Source of the DNA: Candidatus Latescibacterota bacterium
GTDB lineage: Bacteria; Latescibacterota; UBA2968; UBA8231
DNA: 64,000 nt
NCBI GenBank assembly: GCA_965261395.1
Contig: OZ253462.1
Coordinates: forward strand, 4,192,001-4,256,000
Reading direction: 5' to 3'
Part shown: one piece after another, positions 39,291 to 48,320 of the stretch
Numbering within the stretch: position 1 is the stretch's first letter
How the letters are laid out: every line of letters starts with the position of its first letter
Position numbers and translations under genes: made by a program
Notes under the pieces: generated by a model
Told to the model about the DNA's origin: nothing
What the model saw: only the letters and a program-made list of their open reading frames with translations
Database searches by the model: none

Positions 39291-40188
39291 CGCTACTCAA
39301 GCTTTCGAAAATGCGCCGGTATCCTTCGTAGCGCGCCGACGCCACTCGACCGGCTGCCACAGCCGCACGGACCGCGCAACCGGGTTCGTGCAAGTGGCTG
39401 CAATCGCCGAATTGGCACTGGCCATGCAGGGATTCTAGCTCGGGATAATACGCCGCTAGCTCAGCGGGTTTTACTCCCCACAAGCGGAGCTCTTTAACCC
39501 CTGGTGTATCAGCCACATAGCCGCCTTGTTGCAACTTGAACAAATGCACGACCGTCGTCGTGTGCCGGCCCCGGTCGTGGCGCTTCATTATTTCCCTTGT
39601 CTTGAGTCCCAACCCCGGCTCAATGCCGTTGAGCAAGGTCGATTTGCCGACCCCAGATTGGCCGACCACGGCCGTGCTGCGATTGATCAGGCCTTCTTTG
39701 AATGCACCCATGCCGTCGCCTCGTAGGGCACTGGTGCGATAGATTGGATAACCGAGGGCCTCATAGGGAGCGGTCAGGGTGTTCACGGCTGCTGGGGAGA
39801 CTAAATCGACCTTGTTGATGCAGACTACAGGCTGGAGATTTCCCTTTACGGCCATGACAATCGCTCGGTCGATAAAGCCTCGGCGAGGCTTCGGTTGGCA
39901 AGCGGCCACAACGACGACCAATTGCTCCATATTGACAAAGAGGATCTGCTCAAACGGGCGCCCCCCACTAGCTCCACGCGAGAACTTGGAAGATCGGGGA
40001 TGCACCGCTTCGATCACGCCCGTCCGTTCGGCTGTAGGCACCACCTCGACCCAGTCACCGGCGACAACCGGAGAGCTGGTCTTGCGGTAACCCGCCTTGA
40101 GACGGCCCCGAATCTCACATTGCCAGTGGATTCGCTCGACCTCGACGAGGCACTGTAGCCCAGAGACTCTGATGATGCGGCCCTGCAT
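39283..40188 (-). CDS. rsgA: Ribosome small subunit-dependent GTPase A
   Basis: NKVDL, GQSGVGKSTLLN, RGRHTTT, DTPG, CQFGDCSHLHEPGC. Confidence 0.96.
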   Translation of the reverse strand: MQGRIIRVSGLQCLVEVERIHWQCEIRGRLKAGYRKTSSPVVAGDWVEVVPTAERTGVIEAVHPRSSKFSRGASGGRPFEQILFVNMEQLVVVVAACQPKPRRGFIDRAIVMAVKGNLQPVVCINKVDLVSPAAVNTLTAPYEALGYPIYRTSALRGDGMGAFKEGLINRSTAVVGQSGVGKSTLLNGIEPGLGLKTREIMKRHDRGRHTTTVVHLFKLQQGGYVADTPGVKELRLWGVKPAELAAYYPELESLHGQCQFGDCSHLHEPGCAVRAAVAAGRVASARYEGYRRIFESLSSDE

Positions 40189-40204
40189 GCGCACCTGCTC
40201 TTGC

Positions 40205-40927
40205 CTACTCCCCTTTGGCAAGGCGCTCGGCCAGGTAGTTGGGGTAGCCGAGGTTGTTAATCTTCTGTTGGGTTAGTTTGACTGGGTATTCGACACGCTG
40301 GAGTTCGACCCATTGCTCGTCTGTATCCCACAGGGTGTACGCCGACCGCCAGTCCCCATCGCGGGGTTGGCCGACACTGCCGACGGAGACCAAGTATTGG
40401 TGATCCCCTATGGCAGCCGTGGCCGAGGTCAGCAGCATGGGCTCGTCGTGCATCTTGCAGTAAATTCGTGCTTCGTGGGTGTGACCGACAAAAGCCAATG
40501 GCCACTTGAGATGGCTCATGCACCAAACGACGCGATCGTACATGAGGAGGGGTTCCCATTCTTCGGGCTTGAGGGGGTTGGCGTGGGACAGAGCCGCATT
40601 GCGCTCCACGCGCCGAAAGATCCCTTGCCGCAAAAAGTCGCATTCTTCCTCCCCCAATACCTCGCATGCCTGGTAGAGCGAAGGGCGGGCCAGCAGGTTA
40701 AAAGACTGGATGCGCACCGGCTCCAGCACAGCTTGGTCGTGGTTGCCCAGCACGATCTGCGCATCTACCTCCTTGAGCCGATAGATGCATCCCAACGGAT
40801 CGGGACCGTACCCCACGATATCCCCCAAGCAGATAATGCGCTCAGCACCGGCGTTGGCCGCAGCGATCAATACGGCCTCTAGCGCTTCGAGATTGGCGTG
40901 GATATCGGCGAGCACTGCGATCTTCAA
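40205..40927 (-). CDS. Metallophosphoesterase family protein
   Basis: DIHAN, LGDIVGYG, GNHD, GHTH, GSVGQPRDGD. Confidence 0.92.
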   Translation of the reverse strand: MKIAVLADIHANLEALEAVLIAAANAGAERIICLGDIVGYGPDPLGCIYRLKEVDAQIVLGNHDQAVLEPVRIQSFNLLARPSLYQACEVLGEEECDFLRQGIFRRVERNAALSHANPLKPEEWEPLLMYDRVVWCMSHLKWPLAFVGHTHEARIYCKMHDEPMLLTSATAAIGDHQYLVSVGSVGQPRDGDWRSAYTLWDTDEQWVELQRVEYPVKLTQQKINNLGYPNYLAERLAKGE

Positions 40928-40938
40928 AGGGCCCTGCC

Positions 40939-41865
40939 TCAGTTGAATAGTGCGCTAATGGAGGTTTCTTCGTGGATAGCCCGGATGGCGCTGGCAAAGA
41001 GAGGAGCCACGGAGCACACCTGCGTCATGGGTGTGCGGGCATCCGCCGGCAAGGGAATCGTATCAGTAATGGCGAGGGCTTGGAGGCTGGATTGATCCAG
41101 CCTCCCTATTGTCTCTTTGGTTAGGGTACCGTGGACGCAACCAGCGTAGATTTTGCGCGCCCCGCGCTCTTTGACGGCGGCGGCTCCCTTGAGGATGGAA
41201 GTGCCGGTAATGATCGCGTCGTCGAAGAATACGACATCGCGGTCAGATACATCGCCAATGACCCGGTTTTCCCCGGCACCCTGATCAACGACGACGAGGG
41301 GCAACCCCAACCGCTGGGCATAGGTCTCGGTGACCTTGGCGCGGCTGATGTCTGGAGCGGCCGCGACTAAGTTGTCGAGGTCGAGGTCGGCGTAATAAGC
41401 GCATATTGCCGGGACGCCACTTAGTTGATCAACTAGGATCCGGCTAAAGCCCATAGTCTGCGGGCTGTGTAAGGTCATGGTGAGAATGCGATCCGCCCCG
41501 GCTTCGGCGATCAGATCTGCCACTAAGCGGCCGGCCACGGAAATCCTCGGCTCGTCCTTGCTGTCGGCCAGAGCATACGGATAGTACGGCAGGACGGCGG
41601 TGATGCGGCCAGCCGAGGCGTATTTTAGGGCGTCGAGAGCTATGAGCAGCTCCATCAAATAGTCGCTAACGGGCGGACACGAGGTTTGAATAAAGAACAC
41701 ATCACGACCTCGCACGTTTTCACAGATCTTTACCTTTATATTTTCGTTGCTAAAGTCGATAAACTCGATGCGCCCCGGCTCAATGCCCAGCGACTCGTAA
41801 ATGCCCTTAGCCAGTGCGGGATTGCTCCGCCCGGCGAAAACCTTGAGATCCGTACTCCCCATCAA
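40939..41865 (-). CDS. Ribose-phosphate pyrophosphokinase-like protein with degenerate active site
   Basis: Full PRPS fold motifs (ENVRGRDVF, RITAVLPYYPY, LHSPQ, DDAIITG), but it lacks the KRR catalytic loop and the Arg of the YxRxD motif. Confidence 0.85.
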   Translation of the reverse strand: MMGSTDLKVFAGRSNPALAKGIYESLGIEPGRIEFIDFSNENIKVKICENVRGRDVFFIQTSCPPVSDYLMELLIALDALKYASAGRITAVLPYYPYALADSKDEPRISVAGRLVADLIAEAGADRILTMTLHSPQTMGFSRILVDQLSGVPAICAYYADLDLDNLVAAAPDISRAKVTETYAQRLGLPLVVVDQGAGENRVIGDVSDRDVVFFDDAIITGTSILKGAAAVKERGARKIYAGCVHGTLTKETIGRLDQSSLQALAITDTIPLPADARTPMTQVCSVAPLFASAIRAIHEETSISALFN

Positions 41866-41873
41866 TAGACCCC

Positions 41874-42542
41874 TTAAAACATAGCGAGTGCAGCTCGGGC
41901 TTGAGCGGCAATCGGGTACTGAGAAAATGTGCGACTGACCTCTTCGAGTAGGGCCTGTTGCTTGTTGCTCTCGCCGGCCAAACCATATATGCGGGCTGCT
42001 TCCATCCGCGCCATGGCCTCGCGGATCGTCCCTGCCTGTTGGGCCGCATAGGCTTCGTAGTGCCCGGCCGCGGCCAAGAGCTGCCCTTCGGCTTCGAGAC
42101 AGGCACCAAGACCGCTCTGGGCCGCATAGGCCAAAACATCCAAAGGCTCGTAGTTGTCCAAATAGCTCTGGTAATAGCCCCGGGCCTCGGCGTAGCGGCC
42201 CTGCGCGTAATGGAGATTGGCCAAGAGCACGACCCCTTGGGCTGCGGCCGGAGTCCCGGCATAGGAGGACACCAGCTCTTCGGCCAAGCGGATCGCCTCG
42301 GTCGGCTCTCCGCCCTGCTCGACCATCAGCACATCGCCGAGTAGGGCCGCGGCTTTGAGCCTATTGGCCTCGTTGGACTCGATGAAATAATTGATGGCCA
42401 TAATGACCACTATCACTGCGACGACCCCACCGCCAAAGAGGTTGGCGCGCTCTTTGACGTACTCGACCGCCTGCATGATCCATTCGATGAACTCGTCTTC
42501 GCGGAGTTCACTCTTGCTCAGTTTACGGCGTTCACTCGACAT
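41874..42542 (-). CDS. Membrane-anchored TPR protein (YfgM-like)
   Basis: ELREDEF N-terminus, one TM segment, TPR-like helices. Confidence 0.8.
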   Translation of the reverse strand: MSSERRKLSKSELREDEFIEWIMQAVEYVKERANLFGGGVVAVIVVIMAINYFIESNEANRLKAAALLGDVLMVEQGGEPTEAIRLAEELVSSYAGTPAAAQGVVLLANLHYAQGRYAEARGYYQSYLDNYEPLDVLAYAAQSGLGACLEAEGQLLAAAGHYEAYAAQQAGTIREAMARMEAARIYGLAGESNKQQALLEEVSRTFSQYPIAAQARAALAMF

Positions 42543-42578
42543 GAAGGTATGGTGTCTCCATGGTTTTGGGTTCTGGTT

Positions 42579-43091
42579 TCAATAGACGATAGCACTTTCC
42601 AATTTGTACCCGTGCAAGAGGTCGCGGCCCGACAGAAAGCTCAACTCGGCCAAAACGCTGATGCCCGCCACAACGGCCCCTAGTTTTTCGAGCACTTGAC
42701 ACGTCGCCGCCAAGGTCCCCCCGGTGGCCAAAACGTCATCCACGACCAATACCTTTTGCCCTGGTGCGATGGCATCGGTGTGTATTTCTAAAGCCGTTTC
42801 GCCGTATTCGAGCGCGAAAGCACGGCGCAGCGTGGCCGCCGGTAGCTTACCCGGCTTGCGCACCGGCACAAAACCGCATCCCAATTCGAGTGCTATGGGC
42901 GTCGCGAACACAAATCCACGGGCCTCTATGCCGGCGACGAGGTCCACTTCGGCGTCTGCAAAGGGCGCGAGCATGGCTTGGACCGCGGCTGATAAACCAG
43001 CGGGGTCTTTGAGCAGCGGCGTGATGTCTTTGTATAAGACACCGTCTTGCGGGAAGTTGGGAATTTCGCGGATTAGATCTTTTATATTCAT
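42579..43091 (-). CDS. apt: Adenine phosphoribosyltransferase
   Basis: IPNFPQDGVLYKDITPLL, GIEARGF, RKPGKLP, LEYG, VDDVLATGGT. Confidence 0.97.
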   Translation of the reverse strand: MNIKDLIREIPNFPQDGVLYKDITPLLKDPAGLSAAVQAMLAPFADAEVDLVAGIEARGFVFATPIALELGCGFVPVRKPGKLPAATLRRAFALEYGETALEIHTDAIAPGQKVLVVDDVLATGGTLAATCQVLEKLGAVVAGISVLAELSFLSGRDLLHGYKLESAIVY

Positions 43092-43117
43092 TTTACATAT
43101 TATATTTTATGAGTCTT
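43090..43117 (-). other. dif-like site: AAGACTCATAA AATATA ATATGTAAAAT
   Basis: Exactly spans the gap from the DUF5989 stop to the apt ATG. Confidence 0.75.
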
Positions 43118-43277
43118 AAAACAGCGCGTAGATAAAGGGAGCCACGGCTGATCCTTGGGTTGTGACAATTAGTAGCCCTAACAGAATCAAAGTAGCGAAT
43201 ATAGGCCCCAACCACCACTTTTTGCGGACCTTCATAAAATCCCATAACTCAGAGAAAATACTCAATTTACTTAGCAT
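43116..43277 (-). CDS. Small membrane protein, DUF5989-like (53 aa; not in the ORF track)
   Basis: Translated by hand: MLSKLSIFSELWDFMKVRKKWWLGPIFATLILLGLLIVTTQGSAVAPFIYALF. Confidence 0.85.
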   Translation of the reverse strand: MLSKLSIFSELWDFMKVRKKWWLGPIFATLILLGLLIVTTQGSAVAPFIYALF

Positions 43278-43280
43278 TAC

Positions 43281-44231
43281 CTAGCCCTCCCATTCAATCA
43301 AGCGGCTCACTGATTCTCCGTGGTGGATGGCTTTGATCGCATCCCCCAACAACCGGGCGACGCTCAAAACGGCGATTTTACGCCTCGGCTTGCCCTCTGG
43401 TAAGGGAATGGTATTCGTGGTGGCGAACACTTCCACTGAGGAGGCATCGATCCTCTCTAGGGCGTGCCCGGAAAAAACGCCGTGCGTACAGCCGGCCAAT
43501 ATTCGGCGTACGCCCCTTTCTTTGAGGACCTGCATCGACTCCATCATGGACCCCCCCGTCAGCACCTCGTCGTCGAAGAGCAAGGCGTCGCGGCCTTCGA
43601 CCTCGCCGATCATATTTTTAATCTCGGCCTTTTCGTCGTCTGCGTGGCGGCGTTTGTCCATAATGGCCAGCGGCAAACCGAGCCAGCGTGCGTACGCACT
43701 GGCTTCGTCGGCACTCCCCACGTCGGGCGACACTACTACGGCGTTGCTGAGGTCTTTCATCCGCATAAAATTGCACAGTAGGCTCGTAGCCCATAGCTGG
43801 TCAACTGGAATGCGTGAGAACGCCACGATTTGTGGGCTGTGTAAGGTAATAGTCAAGATCCGGTCGGCCCCGGCCGCTTGGAGTAAGTCGGCGACGAGAC
43901 GGGCACTAATAGAAATGCGGGGTTCGTCCTTTTTATCGGAGCGCACATAAGGATAATAGGGCAACACGGCCGTAATCCGGCGCGACGAAGCGTACTTGAG
44001 CGCGTCGATTAGCAACAGCAGTTCAACGAAGTGATGGTTGACCGGCGATGCTGACGTCTGGACGACGAAGACGTCGTCTTCGCGCACGTTCTCCTCAATT
44101 TTAACCTTTATATTGTCGTTGGGCTCGCGGACGATCTGGCGGCGAGTGGGCACGATGGCCAAGTAATCACATATCTCCTGGGCCAGTTCTGGATTGCTCG
44201 AACCCGACAATATTTTTAGGTGATTTTTCAT
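43281..44231 (-). CDS. prs: Ribose-phosphate pyrophosphokinase
   Basis: PYYPYVRSDKK, LHSPQ, SPDVG, DKRR, DDEVLTGGS, THG all intact. Confidence 0.93.
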   Translation of the reverse strand: MKNHLKILSGSSNPELAQEICDYLAIVPTRRQIVREPNDNIKVKIEENVREDDVFVVQTSASPVNHHFVELLLLIDALKYASSRRITAVLPYYPYVRSDKKDEPRISISARLVADLLQAAGADRILTITLHSPQIVAFSRIPVDQLWATSLLCNFMRMKDLSNAVVVSPDVGSADEASAYARWLGLPLAIMDKRRHADDEKAEIKNMIGEVEGRDALLFDDEVLTGGSMMESMQVLKERGVRRILAGCTHGVFSGHALERIDASSVEVFATTNTIPLPEGKPRRKIAVLSVARLLGDAIKAIHHGESVSRLIEWEG

Positions 44232-44388
44232 GCTCTAATCCCAATTGTAACATTAAAGATCGGCCCAAACTAAGGCAAGAGGACCGCCTTGACAGCCTGT
44301 TGGTCCAAAACTAACTTGGCAATTTTACGCCCGCTTGCTAGGCGAAATATCCTTCTCGCCTCCGTAGGCGGTGCAAGGAAAGGGGCTT

Positions 44389-44646
44389 ATGGCACGCGTA
44401 AATATCATGCTACCGGACGATCTGCTCGAACGCATCGATCAAGTTGCGCAGCAGGAGGGTGTAAGCCGCAGCAAACTCCTGCGCTTGGCCTTTATGGCCT
44501 ACTGCCAACAAAGGGAAGCAACATACGAGTACCAGCGGAAACAGGCGGCTATCGAACACGGAATGACGCTCCAAGACAGTCTGCGCAAAAAGGCTCTGCC
44601 TTGGGATCCGCTCAAGATACTGCGCGCGGAACGGCAAGCGCGGTGA
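44389..44646 (+). CDS. CopG/RHH antitoxin
   Basis: RVNIMLPDDLLERIDQVAQQEGVSRSKLLR; overlaps the PIN gene via GTGA. Confidence 0.85.
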   Translation: MARVNIMLPDDLLERIDQVAQQEGVSRSKLLRLAFMAYCQQREATYEYQRKQAAIEHGMTLQDSLRKKALPWDPLKILRAERQAR

Positions 44647-45071
44647 TACGCTACGCGCTAGATACCTCCGTTATGCTGAGGTGGTTTTCTCCAGTACACG
44701 ATGTGGACACCCACAAGGCCCTTGGACTTCGCCAAGAGCAGCTAGCGGAAAGGGTCGAGCTAACCGTGCTCGACCAATCTATATACGAGCTAGCCCATGT
44801 CCTCAAGGAAAGCCAACAATTCGATCGGACCCATATAGACGACGCGTTGGCCAGCTTGGAGTACATGCACTTAGATATCGTGTCCTACAACCCCGAAATT
44901 ACCCGCAAAGCCACGCAAATCGCCTTTGAGCATTCCATTAGCATGTACGCCGCCGGCTTCATTGCCTTAGGTGCCCATCTCCGCTGCCAAGCCGTGACCA
45001 GCGACAGCGACCTGTACCGCAAAGTCGCTTCCCTGCCTTGGACCGTGCTTTTGGCAGACTTGAACTTCTGA
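44643..45071 (+). CDS. PIN-domain (VapC-like) toxin
   Basis: YALDTSV, IYELAHVL, VTSD; GTG start coupled to the antitoxin stop. Confidence 0.85.
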   Translation: MIRYALDTSVMLRWFSPVHDVDTHKALGLRQEQLAERVELTVLDQSIYELAHVLKESQQFDRTHIDDALASLEYMHLDIVSYNPEITRKATQIAFEHSISMYAAGFIALGAHLRCQAVTSDSDLYRKVASLPWTVLLADLNF

Positions 45072-45081
45072 TCCCTCCCCC

Positions 45082-46269
45082 TCAGACCTCCGCAAGCGCT
45101 TTCTCTATATCGCCGATTAGCTCAGCGGCATCCTCAATGCCCACTGCATAGCGCACCAATTGGTCGGTGATGCCGATGGCCAGCCGCTCCTTCCGGCTCA
45201 AATCGTAATAGGAAACGGTCGCCGGATGCGAGACCAGCGTCTCCACCCCCCCCAAGCTCGGCGCGATATAAGGCACGGCTAGACGATGGACAAAATTCCG
45301 CGTCTGCTCGAGGGTGCCGTCGATCTCAAAGCTGATCAGCCCACCAAAACCGCGCATTTGCTCTTTGGCGACGCGGTGATCGACGTGGCTTTCGAGGCCT
45401 GGATAAAAGACTTGGCGAATCTTGGGATGATCAGCCAAGAACTGGGCCACCGTCATGGCTGTATCGTTTTGCCGCAGAACGCGTAATGCGAGCGTCTTTA
45501 TTCCCCGGATCAATAAATACGAAGTGTTGGGGTCAACGATACTGCCGGTGATTCGTTGGTATTCGCCGATGGCCTCGACTAAAGGAGCCTTGCCGCAGAC
45601 GACACCCGCCATCAGGTCGTTGTGCCCACCGAGGTATTTGGTGGCACTGTGGATGACCAGATCAACCCCGAAATCGAGCGGCCTTTGATTAACCGGCGTG
45701 GCCAAGGTGCTGTCGATGATAACCTTGAGACGCCGCTGTTTGGCAAAAGCGACGAGTTGTTCCAAGTCGAGGACATGCAGGTGGGGGTTGGTCGGGGACT
45801 CGGTAAAGATCAAGCGGGTCTCCGGGCGCACCGCAGCCGCCAACGCATCCATATCACCAGGTTTAACTATAGTAGATTCAACGCCGAATTTGGCCAAAAC
45901 TTCGCAGAACTTGGCCGTCATGCGGTAGCAATCTTCCATGAGCACCAAGTGTTGCCCACTGCGCAGCATTGCATAGAGCACCGAGGTGATCGCGCTCATG
46001 CCCGACGAAAAGAGCAAGGCGGCTTCGGCGTTTTCCAAGGCGGCTATTCTGCGCTCGGCTGCCCGCTGGGTCGGATTGCCATAGCGCCCGTATTCATAGA
46101 GCGACTTTTCTCCCGCCTTAAAGGCGGCAAATTCATCTAGATCGGCAAAGGTATAGGTGGCCGTCTGGGCAATCGGATCGATGAGGGACTGGGCAAACTT
46201 ATCTCGTTCCACTCCCCCGTGGACGGAACGGGTCGATTCTCCTACAAAACCATCGTCGGTGCGGTTCAT
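45082..46269 (-). CDS. Cystathionine gamma-synthase family (Cys/Met metabolism PLP enzyme)
   Basis: YGRYGNPT, SSGMSAI, ESPTNP, HSATKYLGGHND, APSLGGVETL. Confidence 0.92.
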   Translation of the reverse strand: MNRTDDGFVGESTRSVHGGVERDKFAQSLIDPIAQTATYTFADLDEFAAFKAGEKSLYEYGRYGNPTQRAAERRIAALENAEAALLFSSGMSAITSVLYAMLRSGQHLVLMEDCYRMTAKFCEVLAKFGVESTIVKPGDMDALAAAVRPETRLIFTESPTNPHLHVLDLEQLVAFAKQRRLKVIIDSTLATPVNQRPLDFGVDLVIHSATKYLGGHNDLMAGVVCGKAPLVEAIGEYQRITGSIVDPNTSYLLIRGIKTLALRVLRQNDTAMTVAQFLADHPKIRQVFYPGLESHVDHRVAKEQMRGFGGLISFEIDGTLEQTRNFVHRLAVPYIAPSLGGVETLVSHPATVSYYDLSRKERLAIGITDQLVRYAVGIEDAAELIGDIEKALAEV

Positions 46270-46282
46270 TGTGTTTGCTCTT

Positions 46283-47647
46283 TCAGTGGCGGGCAGTAGC
46301 CAGCGTCCGCTGCTCTACGGCCTCGAGGACGGCCCGATGCACGGCTTCGTATTCAGCCTCGACCTCAATGGGCAGATTGCGATGCTGTGGCTCGACGTGG
46401 AACTCTCGCAATTGGTCTTCGTGGTATTTCACTTTGAAATCCGGAAACTTCAGCCCATGCGCCGTAGATATTACGATCACCCGGCTCTTGGGGTCGATAT
46501 GCCCGGCGGCGATCATTTTGCTCAGTGCTGCTAAGGCGACGCCTGTGTGCGGACAAGTAAACAGCCCATTGCGATCGGCCCTTGCACAGGCATTGGCCAA
46601 TTCGTCTTCCGTAGCCTCTTCGACGATGCCGTCGAAGTGCTGCAAGGTGCGAATGGCCCGTTTCCTGCTTACGGGATTGCCGATCTTGATGGCACTGGCC
46701 AAGGTGTCGCGGGCCGTTTGCGGCTCAAAGGTGCGGAACCCGTCGAGATAACTGCGATAGAGCGGATTGGCCTGGGCTGCTTGGGCGACGGCAAGGCGCG
46801 GCAGCTTGTCTATAAGCCCCATTTTCAAGCCCTCGATAAACCCCTTCCCCAAGGCACTGACGTTGCCTAGGTTGCCGCCCGGGATAATGACCCAGTCGGG
46901 AACCTCCCAGTGAAATTGCTGTAACAGCTCAATCGCGATGGTCTTCTGACCTTCAATGCGGAGCGAATTCATCGAGTTGGCCAGATAGATGTGGTCGCGG
47001 CGGCAGATTTCCTGCACCAAGGCCATGCACCCGTCGAAATCGGTACGCAGGGCGAGCGTCAGCGCGCCGTTGGCTATGGGCTGGATGAGCTGGGCGGTGG
47101 AGATCATATTTTTAGGCAATAACACAATCGCCGGAATGCCGGCGGCGGCGCAATACGCAGCCAACGCCGCCGAAGTGTCCCCGGTTGAGGCGCAGGCTAC
47201 CGCGGGTATAAACTGGCCCTCGGCAATCATCTGGTTGACCATGGAAACCAATACGGTCATGCCCAGGTCCTTAAACGAACCCGTATGGCTATTGCCGCAC
47301 TGTTTGATCCACAGATCCTCTATGCCCAGTTCAGCACCCAAGCGCTCGGCCCACAGCAAATTGCTCCCCCCCTCGTACATGGAGACCACGTTCTCGTCTT
47401 CGACGAGGGGGCAAACTATCTCTTTCTTGCCCCAGACCGAACTCCCATATGGATGCACCGAACTCATGTAGCGCTGATCAAAGAGCGCTCGCCACTCGCC
47501 GCCCGAGCGCCGCTGTAAGGGTTCCATATCGTGGTGTACTTCGAGCAGCCCCCCACACTTTTGACAGTGATAGACTATCTCGTTTAGCGGATAGCGCTCG
47601 TCGTCGCAATTGATGCACTGGAACCAGGCATTATAGGAATAGGGCAT
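46283..47647 (-). CDS. thrC: Threonine synthase
   Basis: [50 protein letters not shown]. Confidence 0.95.
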   Translation of the reverse strand: MPYSYNAWFQCINCDDERYPLNEIVYHCQKCGGLLEVHHDMEPLQRRSGGEWRALFDQRYMSSVHPYGSSVWGKKEIVCPLVEDENVVSMYEGGSNLLWAERLGAELGIEDLWIKQCGNSHTGSFKDLGMTVLVSMVNQMIAEGQFIPAVACASTGDTSAALAAYCAAAGIPAIVLLPKNMISTAQLIQPIANGALTLALRTDFDGCMALVQEICRRDHIYLANSMNSLRIEGQKTIAIELLQQFHWEVPDWVIIPGGNLGNVSALGKGFIEGLKMGLIDKLPRLAVAQAAQANPLYRSYLDGFRTFEPQTARDTLASAIKIGNPVSRKRAIRTLQHFDGIVEEATEDELANACARADRNGLFTCPHTGVALAALSKMIAAGHIDPKSRVIVISTAHGLKFPDFKVKYHEDQLREFHVEPQHRNLPIEVEAEYEAVHRAVLEAVEQRTLATARH

Positions 47648-47682
47648 ACCAACTCGCTCTGTTGGGGTGAATCAGGGCTTGT

Positions 47683-48156
47683 TCAGCCAAAAAGGGCATC
47701 TATTTGGTCCTCGTTTTTTGACTCTTCTTCATCGTTCGTCGGTTGTCTTGCGTCCTCCCGCTCGTCGTCGAGCACGTCCTCAGTATTTTTCTCGGTGTCG
47801 GCGCTAGCGTCGTTCTGCTCCTCGGGCGCGACGATTTCCCCCACAACTTCCGCGTCGCGCTCTGCTGTGGGAAAACCCTCGCCTTCGATCTCTCGCTGTA
47901 GCAGTGCCTGGGCTAGCCCGGCAAAATTTTCTTGGACATCCTTGCCTGCAGCGAGTGCTTGGGCATTTTGGCGCACGAATTCGACGACGTGATCCATCCC
48001 AGGAAAGGCATCGTCAAAAACCGTCAGATAAGCTCTGATCTTCTCATCCTGTATCTGGCTTTTGACGTACTCAAGCCACGAATTTCCGAACAGTTTGGCC
48101 AGCGACTCCAAGGCTTCGAGCCGCTCGGCCACATCGCGCAAGTCGTCCGCGTTCAT
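47683..48156 (-). CDS. Hypothetical acidic protein
   Basis: ORF with an upstream AAGG and a helical N-terminal part; the acidic tail ends in QIDALFG. Confidence 0.65.
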   Translation of the reverse strand: MNADDLRDVAERLEALESLAKLFGNSWLEYVKSQIQDEKIRAYLTVFDDAFPGMDHVVEFVRQNAQALAAGKDVQENFAGLAQALLQREIEGEGFPTAERDAEVVGEIVAPEEQNDASADTEKNTEDVLDDEREDARQPTNDEEESKNEDQIDALFG

Positions 48157-48199
48157 CCTTGCTGCCTCTGGAGGTATTGAACATTCAAAAAAATACAAC

Positions 48200-48320
48200 G
48201 AACGTGGAACCCCGCTCTTCTCGGGGCGTTTAATCTATGCGAGCCATTCCAGTCATGGTTCGTATCCCTCCCGGCGGTCAGGTGCATCCAAGGATGCCCT
48301 GGCCGCTACTTTTTTATTTT
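48200..48320 (+). ncRNA. Candidate three-hairpin small RNA ending in an intrinsic terminator
   Basis: Stems at 48210-48226, 48237-48265 and 48274-48306. The latter two pair fully only on the + strand (G-U wobbles), and a T-run follows. Confidence 0.45.

Noticed and set aside
48200-48320. SRP RNA, 6S RNA or SAM riboswitch upstream of thrC/met genes
   Set aside because: Lacks the SRP GGAA-loop/AGCAG motif and the SAM-I core, and the pairing favours the strand opposite to thrC. Kept only as an unknown sRNA candidate.
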